This document shows positions 38,745 to 48,176 of a stretch of 64,000 nt of DNA, piece after piece. This DNA comes from an uncultured Bacteroidales bacterium (GTDB taxonomy: Bacteria; Bacteroidota; Bacteroidia; Bacteroidales; UBA932), in assembly GCA_900320795.1 (NCBI GenBank), contig ONTQ01000007.1:3310-67309 (forward strand), given 5' to 3'. The position numbers and the translations under genes were made by a program. The first letter of the stretch is position 1; each line of letters starts with the position of its first letter. Below the pieces are notes generated by a model that did no database searches, was not told where the DNA came from, and worked only from the letters and a program-made list of their open reading frames with translations.

Positions 38745-41101
38745 ATCGACAGCAGAATATCATTGAGCAGGCCGCCGGCAGTTTGTCTTGTTCCGGCGCC
38801 TGCTCCTTGTATAAGCATGGGGGAAGGATAGTCACCGGTCGTGATGAGAATGGCGTTGTCGGTGCCGCGAAGGTTGTACAAGGGACTCTCCGGGCCCACT
38901 TCCTGCAGGCCCACGACGGCGTGTCCGGCGGCATCCACCGAGGCCACATAGCGGAGTTTCTTTCCGGCGGAGGAGGCTTGGGCGTAGCGACGGTCGATAT
39001 CGGCAGGAACGGGATCCAGCGTTACCTGGGAAGCTTCCAGCGGAAGGCCGGCCTGGCGGCTCAGGATGAGAATTTTGCGCAGAACGTCCTTGCCGGACAG
39101 GTCGATGTTGGGATCCGGTTCGGTATAGCCTTTCTGCCGGGCATCTTCCACCAGGGCTTCCCAGTCTTTCCCTTTGTAATTGTCCAGCAGATAGTTGAGG
39201 GTGCCGGAAAGGACGGCATCCATCCGCACCAGCGTGTCGCCGCTCTGGACCACGCGGTCCAGGGTCACCAGGACGGGGAGGGCGGCGCCTGCCGTGGTTT
39301 CATAACGCAGGGTAACCCCGGCTTTGTGGGCTTCCAGTTGTAGATTCTTGAACTGGGCATAGGATCCCGAGAAGGGAATCTTGTTGCAGGCAACGACCGA
39401 ATAACCGCTGTGGAAGAGGTCCGGATACCGGAATCCCAGTTCTTCGTTGGCGGTGCAGTCAATATACAGGGGGTTCTCCAGGGAGAGTTCGCAGAGGGCG
39501 TCGATGAAGGTGCCCTGGGTCCCGTTGGCCAGCAATTCTCCGGCACGGTTCAGGTCGAGGCCTTCTGTATCGATGACATAGCGGCGGGAGTTGGCGAGGC
39601 CGCAGACCCGCAGTTGCTTTCCGGACCGGCGGGCGATGGCGGCGGCATTGTCCCGCAGCATCTCTACCAGGGCCTTGCCTACCCGGCCGTAGCCGGCGAT
39701 GAACAGGGGAATGACCTCCGTGTCAAAGCGGTCGAAGAATTCGTGGTGGATGACGCGGATGGCTTCGTCGGCCCGGTCGGAGGGAACAATGACGGAGATA
39801 TTCCGCTCAGAAGAGCCTTGTGCCGTTGCGCGGATAGGGATGCTGTGCCGGCCCAGGGCGGCCAGCATCTGTCCGGTGGCGCCGCTATGGCCCAGGATAT
39901 CATCACCGATGACACAGGCGATGGAGTACCCCTTTTCGACGCGGAGCGGATTCAGTTTTCCGATGGATATTTCGTAGGCGAAGCAGGAATCGGCCGCACG
40001 GCGCGCCTTCTCGGCATCGGCCGTGGCAATGGCGATGCACATGGAATGGACCGAGGATGCCTGGGTGATGAGGATGATGTTGATTCCGGCGCGGGAAAGG
40101 GCATCGAAGAGGCGGGAACTGAAGCCCGGAACCCCTACCATTCCGCTGCCTTCCAGTGAGATCAGGGCGATTCCCTCGGAATGTGCAATGCCGATGACCC
40201 CGCCACGCGTCCGCGGAGGATTCTTTTCCACCAGCGTGCCTGGTTCTTCCGGGTGGAACGTGTCTTTTACATAGATGGGAATTCCTTCGGCCACAACGGG
40301 TTGGATGGTGGGCGGGTAAATGACTTTGGCGCCGAAGTGGGATAGTTCCTGCGCCGCCCGGTAGGAAATGTTGGGAATGGGACGGGCCGAGGGAACCACC
40401 TTCGGGTGTGCGGTCATAATGCCGGGGACATCGGTCCAAATTTCCACACGCCTGGCGTGGATGCCGACGGCAAAGAGTGAGGCGGTATAGTCGGAACCGC
40501 CACGGCCCAGTGTGGCCGACCGGCCTTCTTCGTCGCGGGCAATGAAACCCGGTACAATGAACAGTTCTACCCGGGAGTGCTGCCCGATGGCTTCCTGGAT
40601 GCGGCGGCTGGTCTCGGCCGTGTCCACCATCGCGTCGCGAACCCGGATGAGGTCGCGGGCATCCAGCCATCGGCAGGATATGCCCTGGGCAAGGAAACTG
40701 TCGGTAAGGATGCGGGTGCTCAGCAGCTCCCCGAAACTCTCTACGGCGCTCAGGCTGGTCGGGGATAACTCTCCCAGCAGAAAAACACCCTGCAGGATGC
40801 TGGCGAGCTCTTCGAAAAGGTCATCTACGGCCTTCTGTGTCTTCCCCCGGAATCCTTCCGGCACCAGGTCGCGGATAATTGCCATGTGGCGCTCCTGCCA
40901 GTGGGAGAATCTCTCTTGATAGCCTTTGTCGCGGGCGGCGGCCAGGCGGCCCATCTCGATGAGTCCGTCCGTGCAGCCGCCGATGGCGGAACTCACGACG
41001 ATGGTACGGTCCTCTTCGAGGGCTTTCTGGACAATTCGGATGGTCTGAAGCATGGCTTCCGGAGTGGCGACGGAGGTGCCGCCGAACTTGAGAACTTGCA
41101 T
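38741..41101 (-). CDS. thrA: Bifunctional aspartokinase/homoserine dehydrogenase
   Basis: VLKFGGTSV, TLGRGGSD, two ACT domains, SGTLNY, GYTEPDP..DLSG. Confidence 0.93.
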   Translation of the reverse strand: MQVLKFGGTSVATPEAMLQTIRIVQKALEEDRTIVVSSAIGGCTDGLIEMGRLAAARDKGYQERFSHWQERHMAIIRDLVPEGFRGKTQKAVDDLFEELASILQGVFLLGELSPTSLSAVESFGELLSTRILTDSFLAQGISCRWLDARDLIRVRDAMVDTAETSRRIQEAIGQHSRVELFIVPGFIARDEEGRSATLGRGGSDYTASLFAVGIHARRVEIWTDVPGIMTAHPKVVPSARPIPNISYRAAQELSHFGAKVIYPPTIQPVVAEGIPIYVKDTFHPEEPGTLVEKNPPRTRGGVIGIAHSEGIALISLEGSGMVGVPGFSSRLFDALSRAGINIILITQASSVHSMCIAIATADAEKARRAADSCFAYEISIGKLNPLRVEKGYSIACVIGDDILGHSGATGQMLAALGRHSIPIRATAQGSSERNISVIVPSDRADEAIRVIHHEFFDRFDTEVIPLFIAGYGRVGKALVEMLRDNAAAIARRSGKQLRVCGLANSRRYVIDTEGLDLNRAGELLANGTQGTFIDALCELSLENPLYIDCTANEELGFRYPDLFHSGYSVVACNKIPFSGSYAQFKNLQLEAHKAGVTLRYETTAGAALPVLVTLDRVVQSGDTLVRMDAVLSGTLNYLLDNYKGKDWEALVEDARQKGYTEPDPNIDLSGKDVLRKILILSRQAGLPLEASQVTLDPVPADIDRRYAQASSAGKKLRYVASVDAAGHAVVGLQEVGPESPLYNLRGTDNAILITTGDYPSPMLIQGAGAGTRQTAGGLLNDILLSI

Positions 41102-41105
41102 ATTT

Positions 41106-42098
41106 CTAAAGAATGAGGGCCGATAGTTTGGCGGTCTCCAGGAGGAAACCGTCATGGCCGAAGTCTGACGTGATTTCTACAAAACGGGCGCCGGGAATCC
41201 AGGAGGCCCACTGCCGGCCTTCTGCCGGAGGAAAGATGAGGTCGGTGTCCACCGCTGCGACGGTGGTCCGGGCCCGGATGCGTTGCAAGGCTTTCGGGAC
41301 TCCGCCGCGTCCCCGTCCTGCGTTGTGGCTGTCCAAGGCGTTGCACAGGCAGTAGTAGGAGTACGCATCGAAGCCACGGCGTACCAGCTTTTCTCCCTGA
41401 TAGCGTTCATAGGAAGCCACCCTGCCGGCAAAGAGGGTGTCCGGGTCATCCTCGGCCTGGGTGAGACCGAATCCTTTGAAACAGCGGTAGCTGATGAGGG
41501 CCTGGGCCCGGGCGCATCTGAGGCCGTTCCGTCCTCCGGAGAGGTCCCGGGCTTCGCGGAAACTGGGATCGGCCTCCAGCGCCATACGCTGTGCTTCGAC
41601 GGTGGCGCCCAGAAAGGGAGAAATCCGGGGCGCTGTGCAGAGGAACAGGCATCTGTCGAAGAGGTTCGGCTCTGTCACGGCCCATTCGATGGCGTCAAAC
41701 CCTCCGTTGGAAGCACCGATCAGAAGGTCTATCTTTTCGATTCCCAAATGTTTACGGACTTCGATGAAACTCTGCACGGTATCCCGGATGGTTACATCCG
41801 GAAAGTCCAGCAGCCAGGGCTTCCCCGTAGCGGGATTCTCCCGGGCGGGACCTTCGCTGCCATAGGCGCTTCCCAACATGTTCACGCAGATGATGAAGTC
41901 TTTCTCTGTGTCCAGGGTCTTGCCGGGACCCACCATTTCCGGCCACCAGTCCTCGGGATCGCTGTTGGCGGTGAGGGCGTGGCAAATCCACACGATGCGG
42001 CCTTTCCGGGAGCCGGAGGTATGGAAAACGATACGTGCTTTATCCAGCACACGACCGCATTCCAGGCTCAGTTTTACTTTGATTTCTTGCTTTATCAT
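41106..42098 (-). CDS. metX: Homoserine O-acyltransferase (MetX family)
   Basis: ICHALTA, GASNGG nucleophile elbow, GHDGFLLE. Confidence 0.9.
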   Translation of the reverse strand: MIKQEIKVKLSLECGRVLDKARIVFHTSGSRKGRIVWICHALTANSDPEDWWPEMVGPGKTLDTEKDFIICVNMLGSAYGSEGPARENPATGKPWLLDFPDVTIRDTVQSFIEVRKHLGIEKIDLLIGASNGGFDAIEWAVTEPNLFDRCLFLCTAPRISPFLGATVEAQRMALEADPSFREARDLSGGRNGLRCARAQALISYRCFKGFGLTQAEDDPDTLFAGRVASYERYQGEKLVRRGFDAYSYYCLCNALDSHNAGRGRGGVPKALQRIRARTTVAAVDTDLIFPPAEGRQWASWIPGARFVEITSDFGHDGFLLETAKLSALIL

Positions 42099-43378
42099 GC
42101 CCGTTTCGCGCATTGGAGTGCCTGCTTGAGGTCTTCGATGATGTCTTCCGGGTCTTCCAGCCCCACGCTGAAACGAATGAGGTCGGGGGCGATACCGGCT
42201 TCGCGGAGCTGCTCGTCGGACAGTTGCCGATGGGTGTGCGAGGCCGGGTGCAGGACGCAGGTGTGGCAGTCGGCCACATGGGTTTCGATGGTGGTGAGTT
42301 TGAGGGCGTCCAGGAAACGCTTGTCAAAGCCCCGTCCTCCTTTCAGGCCGAAACAGAGTACGCCGCTGCAGCCGTCCGGGCAGTATTTGAGGGCCAGGGC
42401 GTGGTGCGGATCGCTCTCCAGGCCGGGATAGCGGACCCAGGCAACGTCCGGGCACTGTTCCAGCCACTTCGCCACTTTAAGGGCGCTTTCGCTATGGCGG
42501 GCCATCCTCAGGTGCAGGGTTTGCAGGCCCAGGTGCAGGTAAAAGGCGTTCTGCGGACTCTGCATGCTGCCGAGATCTCTCATCAGGTGGGTAGTGCATT
42601 TGACGATATAAGCCGCCTTCCCGAACTTTTTGGTATAGGTGAGGCCGTGATAGGAAGCGTCCGGCGTGGTGAGGCCGGGGAATTTGCCGGAATACCGGTC
42701 CCAGGGGAAGTTTCCGCTGTCCACGACGGCCCCGCCTACGCTTACGCCGTGACCGTCAATGAATTTGGTGGTGGAGTGGGTCACGATGTCGGCTCCCCAT
42801 TCGAAGGGACGGCACAGACAAGGCGTGGCAAATGTGTTGTCGATGATCAGCGGAAGGCCGTTTTTGTGGGCGACGGCTGCCCAGCGCTCAATGTCGAAAA
42901 CTTCTACGCCGGGGTTGGAGATGGTTTCTCCGAAAACCAGCTTGGTATTGGGCCGGATGGCCGCTTCGATTTCTTCATTGCTGGCATCGGCCTTGAGAAA
43001 GGTGATGCCGATACCGAATTTGGGCAGTGTGACACCCAGCAGGTTGAAAGTACCGCCATAGATGTTGTTGGCCGCGATGACATGGTCTCCTGCGCCGGCG
43101 ATGTTAATGACGGCGAACAAGTTGGCGGCCTGGCCGGAGGAGGTGAGGATGGCTCCCACGCCGCCTTCCAGGTCACAAAGCTGGGCAGCCACGGCATCGA
43201 CCGTGGGATTCTGCAGCCGGGTGTAGAAGTAGCCGCTGTCTTCGAGGTCGAACAGGCGGCCCATCTGGTCGGATGTTTCGTATTTGAAGGTGGTACTTTG
43301 GATGATGGGGAGCTGTCGGGGCTCACCTTTTTTGGGCGAATAGCCTGCGTGTACGCAGCGGGTACCGATTTTTGCCAT
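42095..43378 (-). CDS. metY: O-acetylhomoserine aminocarboxypropyltransferase
   Basis: YTRLQNPT, IDNTFATP, HSTTKFIDGHG, HPASHTH, RFSVGLE. Confidence 0.93.
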   Translation of the reverse strand: MAKIGTRCVHAGYSPKKGEPRQLPIIQSTTFKYETSDQMGRLFDLEDSGYFYTRLQNPTVDAVAAQLCDLEGGVGAILTSSGQAANLFAVINIAGAGDHVIAANNIYGGTFNLLGVTLPKFGIGITFLKADASNEEIEAAIRPNTKLVFGETISNPGVEVFDIERWAAVAHKNGLPLIIDNTFATPCLCRPFEWGADIVTHSTTKFIDGHGVSVGGAVVDSGNFPWDRYSGKFPGLTTPDASYHGLTYTKKFGKAAYIVKCTTHLMRDLGSMQSPQNAFYLHLGLQTLHLRMARHSESALKVAKWLEQCPDVAWVRYPGLESDPHHALALKYCPDGCSGVLCFGLKGGRGFDKRFLDALKLTTIETHVADCHTCVLHPASHTHRQLSDEQLREAGIAPDLIRFSVGLEDPEDIIEDLKQALQCAKRA

Positions 43379-43408
43379 AAAGAGTGTTCTTTTGTTTCCT
43401 TCAAAGAA

Positions 43409-43541
43409 CAAAGTTAGGCTAAATAGAAAAAACAATCAATATGTTTTAAAATATTAGAAAATAATTCTATATTTGTAGTTACTGATAGAAATTAGATGAT
43501 TTTTTCCTGGGATATTTTGTGTTTTTCAGAATATTATTCTT
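43409..43541. promoter_or_regulatory. Divergent metY/lrp promoters with Lrp-type boxes
   Basis: TAACTTTG on minus at 43409-43416; TATATTTG on plus at 43468-43475; Lrp-like 15-mers at 43455-43469 and 43527-43541. Confidence 0.75.
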
Positions 43542-44009
43542 ATGAACGAAACAGTTCTTGATACAATCGATTTGCAGATTCTGCGGGCATTGCAGGAAAA
43601 TGCACGGCTCACGACCAAAGAACTGGCCGCGCTGGTGCATCTTTCCACCACGCCGGTTTTCGAGCGGCTCAAACGGCTCGAAAAGAGTGGTTTCATCCAA
43701 AAGTATGTAGCGGTGCTGGACGCCGAGAAACTGGGCCGGGGATTCACCGTGTTCTGTTCGGTCAAACTCAAGCAGATGAGCCGGACGGCCGCCCGGAATT
43801 TCGTTTCCGTCATCCGGGACATTCCCCAGGTAGCGGAATGCTACAACATTTCAGGAGAATACGACTATCTCCTGAAGATTCAGGCGCCGGACATGAAATA
43901 TTACAATGAGTTTATCATCAATGTCTTGGGAAACATTGACTCGATAGGTTCCATCCTCTCGTCCTTCGTGATGGACGAAATCAAGAACACCCATGCCCTT
44001 TATCTGTGA
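43542..44009 (+). CDS. Lrp/AsnC family transcriptional regulator
   Basis: LD.ID..IL..LQENAR, R.KRLE..G.I, ECY.ISGEYDYLLK. Confidence 0.96.
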   Translation: MNETVLDTIDLQILRALQENARLTTKELAALVHLSTTPVFERLKRLEKSGFIQKYVAVLDAEKLGRGFTVFCSVKLKQMSRTAARNFVSVIRDIPQVAECYNISGEYDYLLKIQAPDMKYYNEFIINVLGNIDSIGSILSSFVMDEIKNTHALYL

Positions 44010-44011
44010 CG

Positions 44012-44953
44012 CTATCTGTTCCTGCTGTAGATATCGTCCATGGACAACTGGCCCCAGCGGGGGAGGGAGGCGTCGTCCACTACGGCGTCGATGCAGCGGG
44101 CGTGGCCCAGGATTACATTCTGTTCCAGGAAGGCTTCTTCGATGTCCCAGACGTAGTTCATATAGGCGGCCACATCGTGCGAACTGTCTTTGAAGCGGTA
44201 GATGCAATAGTTCCCGTACCCTTTTTTCTCCCAGTCTTTGACCAGCCAACTGCTTCCCCAGATTCCTTTCCCGCCAACGCTCAACTGATTGTACTGGACG
44301 GCTTTGTCGGCCGTTCCGTGGAGAAGGAGGACCGGGCAGGGGGCCTGGGCAAAATGGGGCGCGCCCGTGGTGCTGATAACAGCCCCGGCAAAGGACATTA
44401 CACCCTTGAAGTTGAAGCCTTCCGGCAGCCCCTTCGCCTTTCCGTTCACGATGCCGTATTCGGCCGCCAGCGAAATGATGGCTCCGGCCGACGAGCCGGC
44501 CAGCACGATATTGTCCGTATCGATGCCGATGCTCTCCCGGTTGGCCGAGAGGAAGGCGACGGCTTCGTAAACATCTTCCACTCCCACTTCCTGTGACAGC
44601 AGGAAACGGTCCACGGCTTTCATGGCTCCTGCCAGGCCTTTCTTTACCTTATACCCTTTCATGCCCAGCCGGTAATCGACGCTCACCACCGCATACCCGT
44701 TGTCGTTGAGACGTTTGTACCACTGACGGTTCCACTCGCCGGACCGCTCTCCCTGGATGAAGCCGCCGCCGAACACGAAGAGGATGGTGGGTTTCTGGAG
44801 GCTGTCCAACTGTGTCTGCGACCCTTCCGTGGGCCGGAACACATCCAGATACAATTCGCAAGTGTCCCGCTGGGCGAAGCGGTACGTTTCCTGCGCTCCG
44901 GCCGAATACAGGCCGATGAGCGTCAAAGTCAGAAAAAGTGCAAATTTTTTCAT
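44012..44953 (-). CDS. Exported alpha/beta hydrolase (esterase/lipase)
   Basis: FGGGF, VDYRL, GSSAG, HGTAD. Confidence 0.9.
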   Translation of the reverse strand: MKKFALFLTLTLIGLYSAGAQETYRFAQRDTCELYLDVFRPTEGSQTQLDSLQKPTILFVFGGGFIQGERSGEWNRQWYKRLNDNGYAVVSVDYRLGMKGYKVKKGLAGAMKAVDRFLLSQEVGVEDVYEAVAFLSANRESIGIDTDNIVLAGSSAGAIISLAAEYGIVNGKAKGLPEGFNFKGVMSFAGAVISTTGAPHFAQAPCPVLLLHGTADKAVQYNQLSVGGKGIWGSSWLVKDWEKKGYGNYCIYRFKDSSHDVAAYMNYVWDIEEAFLEQNVILGHARCIDAVVDDASLPRWGQLSMDDIYSRNR

Positions 44954-45027
44954 AAATTTTTAACTTGGGCAATGGTTTGGCCCAAGGTGGCCGTACCTTT
45001 GCATCAGAAACTTAAAAGAACAAAGTC

Positions 45028-45153
45028 ATGCGTAACACGGAATTCAATATCGACGCTCTCGGCGGATTCATCTCCTCTTCCACTTCTTTCCAGGCGCTCA
45101 AGGACATCATCGAAGACCTGGACCTGGAATTCGAGCAGGCGCCCAGCGTCTAA
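45028..45153 (+). CDS. Unannotated 41 aa acidic small protein
   Basis: MRNTEFNIDALGGFISSSTSFQALKDIIEDLDLEFEQAPSV; TACCTTTG box at 44994-45001; A-rich leader; host-like C/G-ending codons. Confidence 0.65.
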   Translation: MRNTEFNIDALGGFISSSTSFQALKDIIEDLDLEFEQAPSV

Positions 45154-47486
45154 TCCTCCTTGATGTCCACTACCGTGGATTCCTTGTCCGGGGAAAGCCC
45201 CACGCGCAGGGTTCTCAGTGCGCCGGCGCCCTTTTTCCTGGAAACGAGAATCCGGTCGCTGATGATGAACTCGGAAACCGGGTCTTCCACATAGCGCATT
45301 ACGGCCCGTTTCAGCGGCCGGGCGCCATAGGCCGGGTCGTAACCGGCATCGGCGATGAGGCGTTTGGCCGCCGGGGTGATGGTGAGTTTGTAGCCCGCCT
45401 CCAGCGCCCGCTTGCGAAGGTCCTTCAGTTCAATGTCAATGATGGATTCGATGGACTCCCGCGTCAGTGCATTGAAATACACCTGGTCGTCCACGCGGTT
45501 GATGAATTCCGGGGGAAATGCCTTCTTTACGGCTTTCGCTACCACGCTCCGCCGGTCCTGCTCCACATTGCGTCCCGCCGTGGCGAAGCCAATTCCATTA
45601 CCATATTCCTCCATTTCGCGGCTGCCCACGTTGGAGGTCATAATCACAATCGTATTCTTGAAGTCCACCGTGCGGCCGTTGCTGTCCGTGAGCCGGCCTT
45701 CATCCATCACCTGCAGCAGCAGGTTGAAGATGTCCGGATGGGCTTTTTCTATCTCGTCCAGCAGCACTACGCAGTAGGGCTTGCGGCGCACCCTTTCGCT
45801 GAGCTGGCCGCCTTCTTCATATCCCACATAGCCCGGAGGTGCACCGATGAGCCTGGAGACGCTGAACTTCTCCATGTATTCGCTCATGTCGATGCGGACC
45901 AGATTCTCCTCGCTGTCGAAGAGATACTCGGCCAGGGAGCGTGCCAGTTGCGTCTTTCCGACGCCTGTCGGGCCGAAGAAAAGGAAGGTTCCGATGGGCC
46001 GGTTCGGGTCTTTGAGCCCGGCCCGGTTGCGCTGGATGGCGCGCACCACTTTCTCGATGGCTTCATCCTGACCGATAATCCGCTGTTGCAGCCGGGTCCG
46101 CATCTTGACCAGCCGGTTCCCTTCGCTTTCGGCCACCTTGTTCACCGGGATCCCCGTCATCTTGGACACCACGGAGGCGACATCTTCGGCCTCCACCACA
46201 TTTTCGTGGCCTTTTTTTCTGGCGATGGCCAGACGGACCATGCTTCCTGCCTCGTCCAGGGCATCGATGGCCTTGTCCGGGAGGGATTTGTCGGTGATGT
46301 AGCGGTCCGTGAGGCGGACGGCGGATTCTACGGCGTCCTCCGTGTAACTGACGCCGTGGAACTCTTCGTATTTGGGCCTGAGCTGTTGCAGGATGGTGAT
46401 GGATTCCGCCACGCCGGTGGGTTCCACCACGATTTTCTGGAATCGGCGGTCCAAAGCACCGTCCTTTTCCACAATCTTGGTAAATTCGTCCAGCGTTGTG
46501 GCGCCGATGCATTGGAACTCTCCCCGGGCGAGGGCGGGTTTGAGCATGTTGGCGGCATCCAGGCTGCCCGATGCTCCGCCGGCTCCCACGATGGTGTGGA
46601 ACTCGTCGATGAACAGAATGAGGTCCGGATTCTCGGAGGCTTCCTTGATGATTCCTTTGAGGCGTTTTTCGAAATCGCCGCGGTATTTGGTGCCGGCCAC
46701 CACCGAAGCGATGTCCAACGACAGGATGCGTTTCTTGGCAAGGACGGGAGAGATGGCACCGGTAGCAATGCGCTGCGCGATGCCTTCCACAATGGCCGAT
46801 TTCCCAACGCCCGGTTCGCCGATGAGCATGGGGTTGTTCTTCTTTCTCCGGCCCAGGATCTCGATGACACGGGCAATCTCTGTGTCCCGGCCCACTACGG
46901 GATCCAGTTTCCCTTCGCGGGCAGCCTTGGTGAGGTCGTAGGCGAATTCTTCGATATCCAGCTTCTTGTCCTCCTCTTCAGGCGCCTCTTCAGGACCCTG
47001 GGTGGGCTGTTTGGGGGTCTCGTCTTCCGTTCCTGTCCGGGGGCGGAGCAGCCCCTCGTCTTCCATGTATGCCAGGAGCCGCCCGTAATCTACGCCATGG
47101 GAGCGGAGAAACACCTGCCCATAACTCTCCGTCGTGCGGCACAGGGCCAGTAGGAGATGCTGAGGGGCTGCTGCCCCGCTTTTCAGGCGGGACGCTTCCA
47201 TTACGGTGATGCTCAGGACGTTCTGGGCCTGCCGGGAGAAATTGATGTGATCCATTTCCTCATAGGGGATGGTTTCCCCCGTGAAGATTCGCTGGTCGAT
47301 GAAGGCTTTCACATCGGCCGGTTCTATTCCCAGATGCTGCAGCGTCGTGAACGCCGCATTCTCTTCCTGTCGGATGATTCCGAGGAAAAGATGGTCCGGG
47401 CCGATTCCATAACTGCCGGTGCGCATGGCTTCTTCCCGCGCATATTTGATGACTTGGTTGAGTTCTTCCGTTACTTTCAATTGCAT
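45150..47486 (-). CDS. clpC: ATP-dependent Clp protease ATPase subunit (ClpC/ClpA type)
   Basis: Clp_N repeats, GEPGVGKS, IDEFH, GPTGVGKT, GAPPGYVGY, GIGF ClpP-docking loop. Confidence 0.92.
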   Translation of the reverse strand: MQLKVTEELNQVIKYAREEAMRTGSYGIGPDHLFLGIIRQEENAAFTTLQHLGIEPADVKAFIDQRIFTGETIPYEEMDHINFSRQAQNVLSITVMEASRLKSGAAAPQHLLLALCRTTESYGQVFLRSHGVDYGRLLAYMEDEGLLRPRTGTEDETPKQPTQGPEEAPEEEDKKLDIEEFAYDLTKAAREGKLDPVVGRDTEIARVIEILGRRKKNNPMLIGEPGVGKSAIVEGIAQRIATGAISPVLAKKRILSLDIASVVAGTKYRGDFEKRLKGIIKEASENPDLILFIDEFHTIVGAGGASGSLDAANMLKPALARGEFQCIGATTLDEFTKIVEKDGALDRRFQKIVVEPTGVAESITILQQLRPKYEEFHGVSYTEDAVESAVRLTDRYITDKSLPDKAIDALDEAGSMVRLAIARKKGHENVVEAEDVASVVSKMTGIPVNKVAESEGNRLVKMRTRLQQRIIGQDEAIEKVVRAIQRNRAGLKDPNRPIGTFLFFGPTGVGKTQLARSLAEYLFDSEENLVRIDMSEYMEKFSVSRLIGAPPGYVGYEEGGQLSERVRRKPYCVVLLDEIEKAHPDIFNLLLQVMDEGRLTDSNGRTVDFKNTIVIMTSNVGSREMEEYGNGIGFATAGRNVEQDRRSVVAKAVKKAFPPEFINRVDDQVYFNALTRESIESIIDIELKDLRKRALEAGYKLTITPAAKRLIADAGYDPAYGARPLKRAVMRYVEDPVSEFIISDRILVSRKKGAGALRTLRVGLSPDKESTVVDIKED

Positions 47487-47595
47487 AGGTACAAAAATAA
47501 TGATTTTCCTTTTTATCAACAATTGCGCCTCGAATTCTTTCATGACAAAATGGCAAACTCCTGCGGGCATTGTTTTTGTAGCAGGTATATCTGCT

Positions 47596-48117
47596 ATGAA
47601 GAAATTATTAACCCTTGCACTGCTCCTTTGCGGTATTGCCGCCGGAGCACAAGACCTTGAAGGTACGTTTACCCAAGCCAAGACGCTGAAAATTTCCGGT
47701 CGTGTCATCAAGAGCGAAGGAACCATTTCCTTCTCTGCTCCGGACCAACTGGCCATGCTCTATACCAAGCCCGACGGAGACTACTTCATCATTGACGGGC
47801 CTTATCTGCGTATGGATATGCGGGGTGTTACGCTGGATGTCAACACCGAGAACAACAAAACGGTCCAGTCCCAGCGCAATGCCATCCTTTACAGTATTGC
47901 CGGAAGATACGAGGACATTGCCAAAGAAATGGATGCGGACTGCACCGTTTCGACCGGCAAGGACGGGGGGAAGCACGTGGTTATCAAGGTTCGTAAGACC
48001 TTCCCCAAAGGTTACTCCGGAATGGAACTGGATTACAAGAAAAACGGACAGCTCCGGCGTATGGTCCTGGAGGAGTTCGGAGACATCAGCACAGAGTATA
48101 TTCTCACTGTAAATTAG
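47596..48117 (+). CDS. LolA-like outer membrane lipoprotein carrier
   Basis: Signal peptide, FTQ.K......SEG.I.F..PD...Y..P. Confidence 0.75.
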   Translation: MKKLLTLALLLCGIAAGAQDLEGTFTQAKTLKISGRVIKSEGTISFSAPDQLAMLYTKPDGDYFIIDGPYLRMDMRGVTLDVNTENNKTVQSQRNAILYSIAGRYEDIAKEMDADCTVSTGKDGGKHVVIKVRKTFPKGYSGMELDYKKNGQLRRMVLEEFGDISTEYILTVN

Positions 48118-48176
48118 TGTTGAAAAACCGAAAAATTTGCTTATCTTTGTATGATTATAAAGAAAGGTAAGTAAAT

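Noticed and set aside
43379-43420. SAM riboswitch upstream of metY
   Set aside because: The -7 box is only about 30 nt from the ATG and no aptamer motifs are visible
44972-45163. 63 aa ORF from the track
   Set aside because: It starts upstream of the -7 box; the 41 aa ORF in another frame fits the promoter, leader and codon bias better
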